Shown one piece after another: positions 23,674-36,553 of a stretch of DNA of 43,108 nucleotides. This DNA is from Blastocystis sp. subtype 4 (taxonomy: Eukaryota), in assembly GCF_000743755.1 (NCBI RefSeq), contig NW_014569376.1, forward strand, positions 1 to 43,108. The letters are read 5' to 3'. Positions within the stretch are counted from its first letter, which is position 1. Each line of letters opens with the position of its first letter. Position numbers and translations under genes: made by a program. Under the pieces are notes generated by a model. It was not told where the DNA came from. It saw only the letters and a program-made list of their open reading frames with translations, and searched no databases.

Positions 23674-26600
23674 ATGAGTCTTGGACAACCAACTGATGAC
23701 AATTCGGATGGATTGTGTATTTCTTCAAATAAAATGAATATCATCTTTAGTTCAGTTTGTCAAACCTAAATCCAGTATATCATCGCGATTGCAAGGGACA
23801 AAACCAACAACGAATCCTTCAGGATCAACATCTATTTTTTCGAATCTGTTCAATTCTGAAAAGTCGAATGTAAAAAGGAAATTTGGAATAGTTCACTTAT
23901 CGGATGAAGATGTGAGGGAAGCTTTATAAGTTGTAATCGGATAGGAATCTGATGATGCTACAATCGAGGAGGATCCACTACCGGGAATGATTAGTGTTCT
24001 TGCAACAATGACCGAAGAGGATTTGGGTTATTTGCAAAAGAGTCTTGCAGTGGAAACAATTGTTTTTATTTAGTTCATAGAAACATCAACGTGTTGGTGA
24101 CTTCCAAGTCGATATCCCCTCTGATTGGTCACCACAGCATATATCTGAGTTTTCACTTAATGCTCTTAAGTTGGGTAGGAGGTTCTGAGAGGTGTTTGAT
24201 GATTAGGTATTCGAAAAACCGTATTTGGTTTGCAAGTGAAATATGTGATTCCTCGATCTATTACAAATAATCTTCGGAGAGCAATTCAAGCAGTTACTCA
24301 TATTGCTTCTTCTGAAGAGTCCTCTCTTCATACATCCTCTTCTACGCTTCAGCCCAGTCAGTCGTCTTTTACAATGTCAGTAGATCCACAATCCCGACTC
24401 TCTACCTCGCAATTGTCCATTCCTCCCACACTTCAGCAGTCGCATCAATCACGAACAGAAGAACTTCAGAAGCTCACAGTGGAACATCTTCGTGAGTTAT
24501 GTCGAAGTTATGGAGCGAAAACCTCAGGAAAGAAAATGGATTTGATTAGTCGCATTCTTCAAATGGAAGAAGCTGTCAAACAAGGCCTCACTGTACGAGA
24601 AGAGCTGAATTCGTCAATTCAACCTTCCCAATCAATTTTGTCTCCAACTCCAATTCGTTCTCGTCATATTTCTATGCCTTCTGCAATCGATGAAGATGAA
24701 TCCCTTCTGCACCAACTTCGTCGAGAGGAGTTTAATAGGAATCATGCTGGTGCTGACTACTACCACACTCCTGATGGTCAGTATAATTTGAGTGTGGATG
24801 ATCAGTCAACCTTTCTCACTGGAACAACACAAATCAATGCATCATTCTTCTCTCCCACTCTTTCTCGTGTACAAGGAACAGGAATTGGATCACGAAGTCA
24901 ACTGAATGAGTCTGTATTGAGTTCATTGGAAACCTCTTCTGTTCTAGGTGAATTACCAATCTTAGGTACTGATTGATTCTCAATCATATTTCTAGATGCA
25001 AATCACAAGAAATGGAATCGTAGACGTCAATCAATCCTTCAAGGTATGTCATATGGAATGATTCTCACTAGTATCTGATACTGTCCATATCTCTCGACCT
25101 GTTACTCAGAGTTATTGGAATATCGCACATATCACTCGTATTCAACGTTTGTCTCTTCTTCACTGGATTCTTCCTTATCTGACGTCTTCATCTATTGACA
25201 CTCTTTCTGCATCTCATCCATTTCTGAATCAACTTATCACCAATTGGACAATCATGAATGTATTTCACACTTCATCCATGCATCAATCATCTTCAACTTT
25301 TCATTCATTCTTCACTCATCTTCGATTTATAGGAGAAGGAGGTTATAAGGTAGTTTTTCAAACACAAACACCAAAAGGAGAAGAGGCTTTGAGCGTAATG
25401 AATCTTTCTCTGCTTCGTCGAAAACGTATTTCTTTTTGGATTCATTCATTTAAAGAATTGGATGTTGTTGCGAAACAGGATTTGTACTGTTCTTTGCTTC
25501 TGTCCTTATTGGTAACTCATCAAGTACTTCCCCTGTATACACAACTCTTTGGTGCCTTCACAACACTTTTCCCACCACCTATTCTCTCTTCAGCACCTCC
25601 CTCTGATGAGTATTTGTATCTTCGAATGGAATACAACAATTGTGGGGATCTGGAAACCTATTTGAAGCATGGTAGTGAAATCAACTCACAACTTATTCTC
25701 TCCTTCTTCTTCCAAATGGTTCTTAGCTTATATGTAGCCAATCGGGTGGTAATTGATAATCACGGGAATTGACATATAGTATGGGGTGGTTCATTATGAT
25801 GTGAAACTGTTGAATTTCTTTCTAACCAAGAGTCCAGAAAGGAATTTGATATTTCAGTTTCCATGGGGAGATTATGAGCTTCCCTCTTACAATGGAATGA
25901 ATTGGATTGTAAAACTAGGAGATTTTGGGACTACAGAAATTGGGATAGAGGGTAACATTAGTGTGGGTCAGGTAGAATGTGATTCTGTGTGAATCATTTC
26001 TAGTTTACGACATTTGAAAATACACCTCCAGAGTATCTTCTATGTGATTCCTGTACTCGTGGTGCTACTGCAGATGTGTGGAATCTGGGTCTGTCATTAG
26101 CACATCTACTAATTGAATCGGCTCCGTACGATTGAGGAACAAGCATAATGACTAGTTATGAAGAGGTGATGAAAGATTGTGTTTGCTCACAAGCATTCAG
26201 TCGATTGTGTCATTCTTACTGGAACAAATCATCGTTTCGTGTACTACGAGACGTATTGAAGGATGATGAATCGGACCTTCTGTGTCTCACTCTCTATCGA
26301 CAATGTGTCTTGTGGTTTCGATTTGATTCAATTCCCCATGGGAATTCTTCACCTGTGAGAAAGTGTTGGTATTTTGATTCATAGCTATGGAACCGTCTCT
26401 ATTCGATTCTTTCTGGACAGTCAACTCGTTCTCGTCATGAAGAATCGATTCGACAAAAAGTGAGGGTGATTGGGGAATGTGATGTCTAGTTTGAAGAGGA
26501 TCAGTTACATTATTCGTGGTGGTTTGGAGATCATCCATTGATTATGAAGGCTCGGGAAAGAGGCGAAGCAATTCCTCATCTCCAAGAAGTCTTACGGAAT

Positions 26601-26789
26601 CTGACGCAGTTCGATTGTACTCTTCGAATGTCATACGAAGTAGGTATTCCTGGTGGAGTTGATGAGTAGGATCTTCTCAAACATCCTGTTTTTGCACCAC
26701 TACAGAAAAAATCGGCAAGAACTAGTGGAGATTCGGTTTATAGTATTGATGTGGAGAAGCTTCGTGGAATTATGAACCGTCAATTGTAG
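23674..26789 (+). CDS. SAP-domain-containing atypical Ser/Thr protein kinase
   Basis: SAP motif LQKLTVEHLRELCRSYGAKTSGKKMDLISRI. Kinase motifs IGEGGYKVVF, LRMEYNNCGDL, HYDVKLLN, KLGDFG, TFENTPPEY, ADVWNLG. Confidence 0.85.
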
Positions 26790-26818
26790 ATTACCTTTTG
26801 TGTTGGTTGTTTGTTGGG

Positions 26819-27979
26819 ATGTTCCAAACAAAGGGTCTGACAGATGAGCAGGTCCTCTGTCTTGAGCATGTCTTAGAGAAGGAGTATCGAACCATGCAAG
26901 AGAATCAAGTGGAAACCGATGAAGACAGCGGTGAATGGACTGTTGAGCGAGTGATTGTAGCGAAAGTGAATAGATGACTAGAATAGATAGTCCAAAGTGA
27001 AAACTTCGTCCAGTTGGTTCAACAACGAACTGAACGAATGAAGGTGAAGAAACGAAGAAAGAATAACGATTAGGTTGATATGAAGAAGTGTATCCAATAT
27101 CTTGCGGATCCTGTAGTTGATAAATCCATTCCTTTCATATACTCGTCCATTGTGACGGTAATGATTGTTAGTGAGATTAAGGGTAGCGTTTTCCTCCAGT
27201 TATTGAGAGTAAACAGAATGGAAGATCAGTAAAACGTGTAATTCTAAAGAAAGCATCACTTGGTGAAGAAGATCCCTATTCCTTTCAAGATTGGGACTTA
27301 AAATCCCTGTTGTTGACAGGTGAAGTATGTCTAATTGGATCAACAATTTATTCATTTCTTATTAAAGTTGGATTCCAGAATTCATCACAATTAGGTTTGT
27401 GATTCTTCCTTCTCTACATCTAATTCTCCAATTCTCTATTCCAGTTCTTTGCAGACAGTTACACTTGGTCAGATTCAAACGATTGAATCTCTCTTGCTTT
27501 CATTCCTCACATCAATCAATAGCGCTTCTATTCAGACAATTTCAGATTGTTGTGCTGTTATACTTGCTCATCTTGTTCACTGTAGACTCTCTCTTCGTTT
27601 CTCCAGTTTCTCTTTGCTATCAAAGACTGCTTTGATGGAACAATTGAAGAAACGACACTCATTCCATTAGAAAAGGACTATTGGGTGCGATTTGCTGTAT
27701 TATCGATTTGGAAAGATAATGGATAGATCAAGGATGGAAGTTTAGTTACAGAAGTAGTTCACTTACGAAAAGCGAAGCAAGGAAAAGAATTACTGGAAGT
27801 CGAAGGTGAGAAATATCGAGTGGTGAAATCTATTATAGTACTCTAGTAGTGGATTATCAAAGCATAGAGCAAAGTGACGATTGAGTTCTATCAAAGTGTA
27901 TTTGATATTATTAACAAATTGATTCATGATGTGCTACTATTACTAGCCAATTGTAGGACAGTAAAATCTGCACAGGAAT
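26819..27979 (+). CDS. Hypothetical protein, multi-exon, stop possibly completed by polyadenylation
   Basis: ATG lies 3 nt after the previous gene's TGTTTGTT. The frame can be followed through several short GT-AG introns to ...KSAQE then T27979, 4 nt before TGTTTGTT. The genomic in-frame TAA is at 27994-27996. Confidence 0.55.
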
Positions 27980-27983
27980 CCAT

Positions 27984-27991
27984 TGTTTGTT
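27984..27991 (+). terminator. TGTTTGTT element upstream of the genomic stop of the hypothetical gene
   Basis: GAA T CCAT TGTTTGTT, with the predicted DUS3 ATG 14 nt later. Confidence 0.7.
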
Positions 27992-28005
27992 CTTAAGTCA
28001 TTCTT

Positions 28006-30044
28006 ATGAGTGCTCCACTTTCTCTGTACTCTTTATGTTGACGAGAATGACCGATAGAGAAGGGAAGGATGGAGAAAGCTCTTCAATTCCTTTGTGTGAC
28101 TATGGATTGTGAATTAGTGATTAGAAAGGAAGGGAATAGTGTTCAGCAAAAACAAAAGATGGTAATAAAGGAGTATTGTGACGATCCTGTATATAGTACT
28201 GTAGGAATTCGAAGAGAGTAAGGATAGAGTTGGATCTTGATTCTAGATATATTGCAGAGACAAATAATAAAGATTCACCAACCAGTACTTTGAATGTTGA
28301 TATTTCAATGTAGGTGATCAAACAAACGTTGGGGCAAAATCACACAACACAAAACGATCCAAAACGGAAGTTGGATTAAAGGAACGACATGAATATGATA
28401 CTCTGGTTGATGTAGTTGCATTCCTTCATTGGTAGTGCCGGTTTACTGCATTGGAACAGTCATGTCCATTTGGATCCAGCTGTAAGTATGAGCACGACGT
28501 TGCAGCATTCTTTAAACGGAAGGAAGCAGATATCGGAGATATGTGTCCTATCTGGAAGGAACATGGGTACTGTCCAGCAGGATTGAATTGTCGTTGGGCC
28601 TTGTCACATACAAACAGTCACAACTATCGATTGATAGTGAAACCTGAAACCGAACAGCATCCCATTGTTGAAGTGACAACAAAGGTTAACTTTCATTTGT
28701 AGTTGAACAGAGGGAATGAAATTGCAGCAGCTATTCGCAAAAAGACTTATCACTTCGAATATGCTTCTTGGGTGGATGAATTGAAAACCAATCCTCATCC
28801 GATTGGAGCTCTTGCGGACTCTGAAATTCATAAGCTGGATTTTCATGGGAAGGTGTACATCGCACCATTAACGACAGTTGGAAACCTTCCTTTTCGACGA
28901 ATTTGTGTAGATTTTGGTGCTGACATTACATGTTCCGAAATGGTGATGTGCAGTAATCTTCTCAAATCACAATCTTCAGAATGGGCCTTATTACGTCGGC
29001 ACCCATCAGAAAAGTGTTTTGGAGTTCAGTTAGCAACAGGCCGAGTGGAAGATGCCTGTGCTGTATGTGAGATGATTCGCCGAGATCTGAATGTTGACTT
29101 TGTTGACTTCAACACAGGCTGTCCGATTGATAGTATTGGAAGAACCGGAGCAGGAGCCGGATTATTGATGAAAGTGGGAAGAATGAAACGGATTGTAGGA
29201 GGCATGCTAAGCAGTCTGGATCGTATTCCTCTACTCGTAAAGACACGAACCGGAGATCATGAGAATACTACTCATCGATTGATTCCTCAACTCCAGGTAC
29301 GTTTATAGTCTGTTGCTGTAAATATTTTCAGGCGATTCGTGGGCGTACAGGTGCTCGTGTGGAAGGAGTGATCATTCACGGAAGAACGAGGCAGAGTCGT
29401 TATACAAAAACAGCTGATTGGGAGTAGAGTCAATGAAGAGAGTAATATGAAGATATGTCAAACGATGTGCATTGAGTGAAGATCCTTCTCTTCCTGGAAT
29501 GACATTCATTGGAAATGGAGACGTATTTGATTATCAAGTTGATTTCGAGATTTGTAGTCACATATAGTCCTACCAACATCACTTAGAAGACGGCATTTTG
29601 GATGGAATTATGATTGGTCGAGGAGCATTAACCAAACCGTGGATTTGTACAGAAATCAAGGAGAAACGTGGAATTGTGATATACTCATAACTCACAGGAA
29701 TTTGGGATATTTCGGCACCAGAGCGTCTTGATATGATTCATACTTTCGTAAACTATGGTCTCGAACACTGGGGATCAGACGCTCAAGGAGTCGATCGGAC
29801 ACGACGATTTCTCTTGGAATGGCTCTCCTTTCTTTGTCGATATGTACCAGTAGGAATCCTCGAACGACCTCAGACGATTAATCAACGTCCTTGTCACTAT
29901 GTTGGTCGATCAGAGTTGGAAACGTTGCTTGGGAGCCGGAATCCAAAGGATTGGATTCACATTTCCGAGATGTTTCTCGGTCCTGTCGACTCTGGCTTCA
30001 TGTTTATTCCAAAGCATCGGAGTAATGCTTATACAGAACAGTAA
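28006..30044 (+). CDS. DUS3: tRNA-dihydrouridine(47) synthase
   Basis: Two CCCH fingers ([24 protein letters not shown]), [73 protein letters not shown]. The 5' exons are inferred. Confidence 0.93.
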
Positions 30045-30051
30045 TCCTTGT

Positions 30052-30704
30052 TTAGGAAGAAACACAAAACTTGTACAAAGTAAATGTATCAGAAACCTCC
30101 TTTCGTGTGCGTTCATGACGAGGATTTGCAGTACTGTAACCACATGGAAGAATGCCAACTGGACGCAGATGTGATGGGATCTGAAGAATGGATGATACTT
30201 CACTCTCACTAAAACTGCCTACCCAGCAAGATTCTAGCTATTAGAGTGTATTTATCACTTACTTAATCCCTCTTCTTGACATGCCAAAACAGCATATGTC
30301 TGAGCGATGGTTGCATCTTGAAGAGCATATAACTCGAGACCTCGACGTCCATAGAAATGATCTTTACACTCACAACAGAAAACGAAGAGAAGAGGGGCCT
30401 AGAATGAAGAAGAGAGTAAACAATCACCTGTTGGACCCATCCTTGTCCCGAAGCCTTGCAAATTGCTTCAATTTTTGATCGGTTTGTTACAGCGTAGATA
30501 TAATATGCCTTCAATAACTATGATAATCTGAACACCTACTTGTTGGTTTCCAGCATTCGGACAGAGAATAATCTTTTCCATGATTCGATTTATCTTATCA
30601 ATCTCAACAGGAGTACTATCAAACCTAGACCTAATACTCGAAATGTATTCCAACGATCTGATACTACGGCGTTCATGTATAAGGTCTGTAAATGATTTAC
30701 TCAT
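30052..30704 (-). CDS. Nitroreductase family flavoprotein (~170 aa, 5 exons)
   Basis: LIHERRSIRSFD, CPNAGNQQAY, APLLFVFC, YALQDATIAQTYAVLACQEEGLKSCWVGSF, RPVGILPCGY. Confidence 0.9.
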
Positions 30705-31072
30705 AATTGTAAAAGTGTTTGAGAAAAGGAATACAAAACAATTCTTCGGGAGTTTCTTTTATGAATTGAGCCATTATTCTGTATTCCTGTAAACTTGTAA
30801 TATACTTGCCATTATTACTAATTATTGTGGACAATCCTTTCACTGAATGTATTGACTTCATTTTTTGTTTGAATATAATAATTGTTCTTACAAATAGAAC
30901 TACAAAACAAATGGTGTTGATATGTTGGTTTCCAGATTGTTAGAGGTGATGTCGCATCTACGGCAAGAGCTATTCACTCTTCACGAAACAAATTGATCCT
31001 TTATTCGCATAATCCAATGAATAGTATGCAAGGGTGATTATGATTCGCAAGAAACATGGGACACTAAATGAA

Positions 31073-32804
31073 CTACTTTGAACCCGACTCCCGTTCAGAC
31101 GATAGAGCATGCATATACAGTCGCTCTGCGATATTTTGCCATTTGGCTACAACTCAATCCATTCTCCAGACTAAACCTGCTAATGCTTTGGCCTTCTCCA
31201 ACTCATCCTCTTTGGCTTCCTTTGTATGCTTCGTTTCCTCACTACACTGAATGCACCATTCATCCATACACTTCCATTAACGAAGCAGTTGTTGGAATGG
31301 TTGTTGGAATAGTAGACTGAGTGTTTCCACCCACAAAGTGAACAGTCTCGATAGGATCCGAAGCAGTCATATCAGCGAGTGTAAGAACTGGTTCAAATGC
31401 CATCATATCAGATGTTTTATACTTCTTCAAGCTCTTAACTGGATACATCACATTCTCATCTTCACATCACAGATTCTATGGTACTCCTACTTTCAAACAA
31501 AAGTGTTGGATATGGAATAACATCGATAAAAATAATCCGTTTTTCATCTGTTCCTTCCTTCGGACTCATCTTTGATGAAGCATTATTCCCCTTATATTCC
31601 CGGAGAACTTGCATACTTTGACAATCCCAAACCTATTTCAAACAGAAAAGAAACAGAAATACAAAGATACGACCATCTTCACCTCCACTTACAATCTTGC
31701 TATCATCACCTGAAATGGCTATGCATGTCGTAGCTCCCGTATGAGCCGCAACAAAGGACACACCATTATTTCCTTCCCCTCCAGCTAATACACTTGCTTC
31801 CAGAGAATGCGTTAAATCAATGAGGAAGATAGAGCCATCTCCAGAACCTGCATAACATTGATGTTCAGTATGAGAAAGGGTTAACTAAAATGATACAATG
31901 ACATGACACATACACAATGAATAACGGATGGAGTCGAAATTGTGCTCAGAAGACGATGACTGAATAAGTCCCAAATTCGAATCGTCTTGTCTGCACTGCT
32001 TGAGAGCAAATACACTGAGATTTAAGAACATCGCAAATTCCTACTCCCAGAACGAATAGCAAGATCAGTGATGGAAAGAGAATGCTCACTCACTGTCCAA
32101 AGAGGTTTTATGGCGCAATTAACATCATCGAGGCCACCAATAATCTCAGCAAGGTTCCATTGCCGAATCAGACCGTCCTACTTATCAATAGAGAGAAACG
32201 AGCGAACATCTCCTCCAGTAACGATGGAACTCATGTCAGGAAGACAGCGAATGACAGATAGAGCCTAAAAATCAGTCAGTTCTATTGCTAATACCTTGTA
32301 ATGGGCATCGATAACACGTAACAAGTCGCCTGAACTCAAATACCAAATGTACCTATATAATATGAAAGAATTACTTATAATACAATTTTCCAGAAGCACT
32401 ACCACCAAATAAGTATGTATTATCAAAAGATGGACAAAGACAAGTCATCTGGACTTAAAACCGATCATCAATCTTCTACCTTCTCAGCAACCGCATTTCG
32501 GAAAATAGGAGCCGCTTTTCCATACTTCCAAGTATTGATATACGGTTTTGGTGTCTAAACATCATTTCGGACACAAGAAGGAGACTTGAACTGAATATAT
32601 ACTCTGAGGATATAAACCGTAGTCATCACATCGATTAACAGCATTCACCAAAGCACATCCTATGAATCAATTCCTGTATCAAAGTCAACCATTCTTCGAA
32701 CTCACATTCTCCTTAAACTCAAAGATATTGGTACATGAATGGATATCCCATATGTTGATTGTATTTTCTTTTAGAGAAGTAGATACAACAACTTCCTTAT
32801 ACAT
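31073..32804 (-). CDS. IPI3: WD40 protein WDR18/IPI3 (rixosome, pre-60S)
   Basis: MYKEVVVSTS...INIWDI, YLFGGSASGK...YIWYLSSGDLLRVIDAHYK, EHSLSITDL, SSSADKTIRIWDL, C-terminal coiled coil. Many short introns. Confidence 0.8.
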
Positions 32805-32881
32805 CAGAGCCTTCTGTGTCGTCTTCAACTTAGTGACAAAAAAGAGCCAATTTCATGGCGTAATTCTAGGCAACAAACAAT

Positions 32882-34471
32882 TCACAATACGCAATGTTCT
32901 TCAATTAATACATCATTACTGTTCTCATCTATAACTTGTACAGTAAGTTCACCTTCTAAATTAATCTTATAGTTGAAAATCAACTTATGGGCCTCTCCAA
33001 TCAAATCATCATTATTCACCTCAATTGTAGTCAATAACTTTCGACTAGATTCTCCCTCATCATGGCCCTCAAATATTGGAGCAGCAAAATACCCAACATT
33101 TCTATCACTCAAGAAGAATGTATGATGACCCTCCGTAGGGAAATAAACATTACGAGGAATAATCGTTTCATAACAACCCGTACGAGTCTCTACACTAATT
33201 GTAGATGCAGTTCGGTCTTTGATATTTCCATCATTCATATTCTGTTTGCAAAATAGTGAAGCTCCGATAGCCACACATTCATCTGGATTTATGTCATCAG
33301 AGATAACATTATCAAAGACCTCAGCTAATAGCCTCATTACCATGGGAATTCTACTAGATCCTCCCACTAAAACAACAGCATCAAAATCAGAAGTCGTAAG
33401 ACCGCAATTGTCAATACATCGCTTTGTGATGGAGATTGTACTATCAATATCGTTCTTAATTATCTGCTCTAACTCCTCACGTGTTATCTTATATTCCCAC
33501 ATCTCCTCTGGGTCCATATCGAAATCATCAATCTTCAACACGTTCTTCAGTGTACTGAAATAGGGCTCCAAATCTACTTCTGTGCATTCCATACTCTGTT
33601 CTGATAGTGTTTCTTTGGCTTCTTTGCAAATGTCCATCAATTTGAACTTCGCTTTCAAATAGCCTTCATCACCTTTCCTTTCCAGATCTTCGGGCATAAG
33701 TTCATCATTTCCTGTATCATTAGCGTATGAATTTGCGATATACAGGGCAAGGTTACGATCAAAATTCTCTCCTCCAATTGCTATATCTCCGTCCTTACAT
33801 AAGAAATTAAACGATTTGCCATCCTCCACTGTCACAATGGATACATCAAAAGTACCACCTCCCAAATCATAGATTAGAATGTGACCATCCTTGCTTGTGT
33901 TTTGAACTCCATAGGCAATTGCAGCTGCTGTAGGCTCGTTCAGAATACGAATTGGAACTGTGATCCCAGCCTTTATCGCAGCATCTCGAGTCAAGGCTCG
34001 CTGAGCTAAAGTATAGGTAGCAGGAACTGTGATTGTGACGCTACCGATAGGACGTCCGTCGATCTTGGCCAAAGCATGAGAATACATCTCCTTTATTAAA
34101 TACATGCTGATCTCCTCTGGCATTACGATTCGATTCAACGAAGGGATAAAAAATCCAGCATTTCCATCATCACCCTTCACCACCTTCGCCCTACAGTAAT
34201 TCTTCATTAAGGATACATGAGAAGAATCATAGGCCATTCCAAAAATACGTTTTGCATTTGTAACAACATTTCCTTTGGTAATCTCCCTAGGTTTCAATCC
34301 TGCTTTCCCGACAGTGATAGTTCCATCACTGTTGAAGCAGACAATAGAACGAAGGAGTCTATCGCCATTATCATATGAAATAACACTCGTTCTGTTGTTG
34401 GGTTCTAAGACACAAGCACAACAGTTGGTTGTCCCAAGGTCTATTCCAATATAATAAGTGTCCGAACTCAT
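32882..34471 (-). CDS. Intronless, C-terminally truncated HSP70-like protein (529 aa)
   Basis: IGIDLGTTN, ITVPATY, LNEPTAAAIAYG, YDLGGGTFDVS, VLVGGSSRIP, INPDECVAIGA. Single ORF with no lid and no EEVD. Confidence 0.92.
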   Translation of the reverse strand: MSSDTYYIGIDLGTTNCCACVLEPNNRTSVISYDNGDRLLRSIVCFNSDGTITVGKAGLKPREITKGNVVTNAKRIFGMAYDSSHVSLMKNYCRAKVVKGDDGNAGFFIPSLNRIVMPEEISMYLIKEMYSHALAKIDGRPIGSVTITVPATYTLAQRALTRDAAIKAGITVPIRILNEPTAAAIAYGVQNTSKDGHILIYDLGGGTFDVSIVTVEDGKSFNFLCKDGDIAIGGENFDRNLALYIANSYANDTGNDELMPEDLERKGDEGYLKAKFKLMDICKEAKETLSEQSMECTEVDLEPYFSTLKNVLKIDDFDMDPEEMWEYKITREELEQIIKNDIDSTISITKRCIDNCGLTTSDFDAVVLVGGSSRIPMVMRLLAEVFDNVISDDINPDECVAIGASLFCKQNMNDGNIKDRTASTISVETRTGCYETIIPRNVYFPTEGHHTFFLSDRNVGYFAAPIFEGHDEGESSRKLLTTIEVNNDDLIGEAHKLIFNYKINLEGELTVQVIDENSNDVLIEEHCVL

Positions 34472-34724
34472 TCTATAATTGATTAACTGTTTTTCAATCT
34501 GAATTCATTTGATTCCCGCGGTATTCACACTTATCAGAGTACAGTATTTCTTTCCACACTCTCAAATTACCATGATACAGTCATTAGTAAAAATACCAAA
34601 AAGGGAAATCCTTGAGATAATCAGTACTTGCTGCTAGTCATATTATCAAATCTATTGAATTCTTTTTTTTTGGTGATAAGATCAATAGAAGTATATTATT
34701 GATTTGTCATAATTCCGTTCTCAC

Positions 34725-36542
34725 ATGCTACGAGTGGTCAAATCAGTTAGAAAAGTGGGTTTCTCTGCTGTTCGATTCGTTTCTACGGTTTTACCAAGTC
34801 ATGTGAACCTCTTTTCGGAAGAGTACAAAGTACAGTTTGAATATTCTCCTCTACACTAGGAAAATCAACGGTATAACACCCAGTTAGAAAATGACTATCT
34901 TGATCATCTCAAGAGGGCTACAGCAGGTAAAACAATTGGAAGTGAATTAAGGATAGGTGGAGATACCAAATCCATAGCAAGACATCTGAAACGGAACAAG
35001 ATGCTTCCTCGACAGAGAATTGGATGTATTTTAGACATGGGATCACCCTTTTTGGAGTTGTCTCCTCTTGCTGGAGAAGAGCTATATGAAGAAGAGGTTC
35101 CAAGTGGCGGGATTGTGACAGGAATTGGACGAATACATGGTCATCAGTGTATGATCATTGCAAATGATGCCACAGTAAAAGGCGGTACGTATTATCCCAT
35201 TACAGTAAAGAAGCATCTTCGAGCTCAGGAAATTGCCGAACAGAATCACCTTCCCTGTATTTACATGGGTATGATACAACCGCTGAGAATTCCGTATAGT
35301 TGATTCTGGAGGTGCCAATCTTCCGAAGCAAGCAGATGTGTTTCCTGATCGAGATCATTTTGGTCGTATTTTCTATAATCAAGCCAACATGTCTGCAAAG
35401 AAGATCCCTCAAATCTCTATCGTACTTCTTTATATTTTCTGTTACTGTAGGTGTTTGGAAGTTGTACTGCTGGAGGTGCTTATGTTCCCTGTATGTCCGA
35501 TCAGTCTATCATAGTTCGGGGAAATGGAACTATTTTCCTAGGAGGTCCCCCCTTGGTGAAAGCAGCTACAGGAGAGGTTATTAGTGCACAAGAACTAGGC
35601 GGATCCGAAGTACATTCTCGATTGAGTGGTGTGACCGATTATCTGGCTGATAATGAGAAAGAAGCATGTGAAATGGCGCGAAATATGATTCAGTATATGA
35701 ATTTGGGTGAGGATTCGCCAGTGAATTTCATGGACTCTGAAGCTCCTTTGTATGATAGTAGTGAGATCGCAGGAATTATTTCCCATGATCCGAAAAAGAG
35801 TTTTGATGTTCGGGAGATCATTGCTCGAGTGGTTGATGGTTCTCGTTTCTTGGAATTTAAGAAGGAATATGGAACTACGATGGTGACTGGATTCGCATCT
35901 CTTTTTGGAATTCCAATTGGGATTGTTGCAAACAATGGAATTCTGTTTTCAGAATCGACTTTGAAGGCAGTTCACTTCATCGAAATTTGTTCACAAAGGA
36001 AGATCCCCCTTCTGTTCCTCCAAAATATCACCGGTTTTATGATTGGTTCTGAGTACGAAAGACAGGGAATTGCTAAGCATGGAGCAAAACTTGTAACTGC
36101 AGTTTCAACCACGAAATGTCCGAAAGTTACACTTATAATTGGTGGAAGTTATGGAGCTGGCAATTATGGAATGGCAGGAAGAGCCTTCTCTCCGCGGTTC
36201 TTGTATATGTTACCAAACAGCCATATTTCTGTGATGGGCGGAATTCAGGCAGCAACGGTACTTAGTACAGTAAAACGAGACGGTATTGAAAAGAAAGGTA
36301 GGCATTGTTGAAAGAGATGAGAAGTAGGTGGCACATGGAGTAAAGAGGAAGAAGAAGCCTTTAAGAAGCCAATTCTCGAGAAGTATGAGCATGAGAGTAG
36401 TTATCTGTACAGTACTGCTCGTTTGTGGGATGATGGTGTGATTCCTTACAGGGATATACGGAAAGTGTTAGGGTTGAGTATGAGTTCGTGTATCCAACAC
36501 TCGATAATCGAAGATACAACCTTTGGACTCTTTCGAATGTGA
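34725..36542 (+). CDS. MCCC2: Methylcrotonoyl-CoA carboxylase beta subunit, with mitochondrial-type presequence
   Basis: [18 protein letters not shown] presequence, [58 protein letters not shown], ends GLFRM*. Confidence 0.95.
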
Positions 36543-36553
36543 TTTGGGTGGTG

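Noticed and set aside
30790..31050. Possible small gene or ncRNA between the nitroreductase and WDR18
   Set aside because: AT-rich with no convincing spliced frame or recognisable RNA structure.
7159..36542. Fragmented ORFs suggesting pseudogenes or an alternative genetic code
   Set aside because: The breaks I examined resolve with ~28-45-nt GT-AG introns under the standard code.
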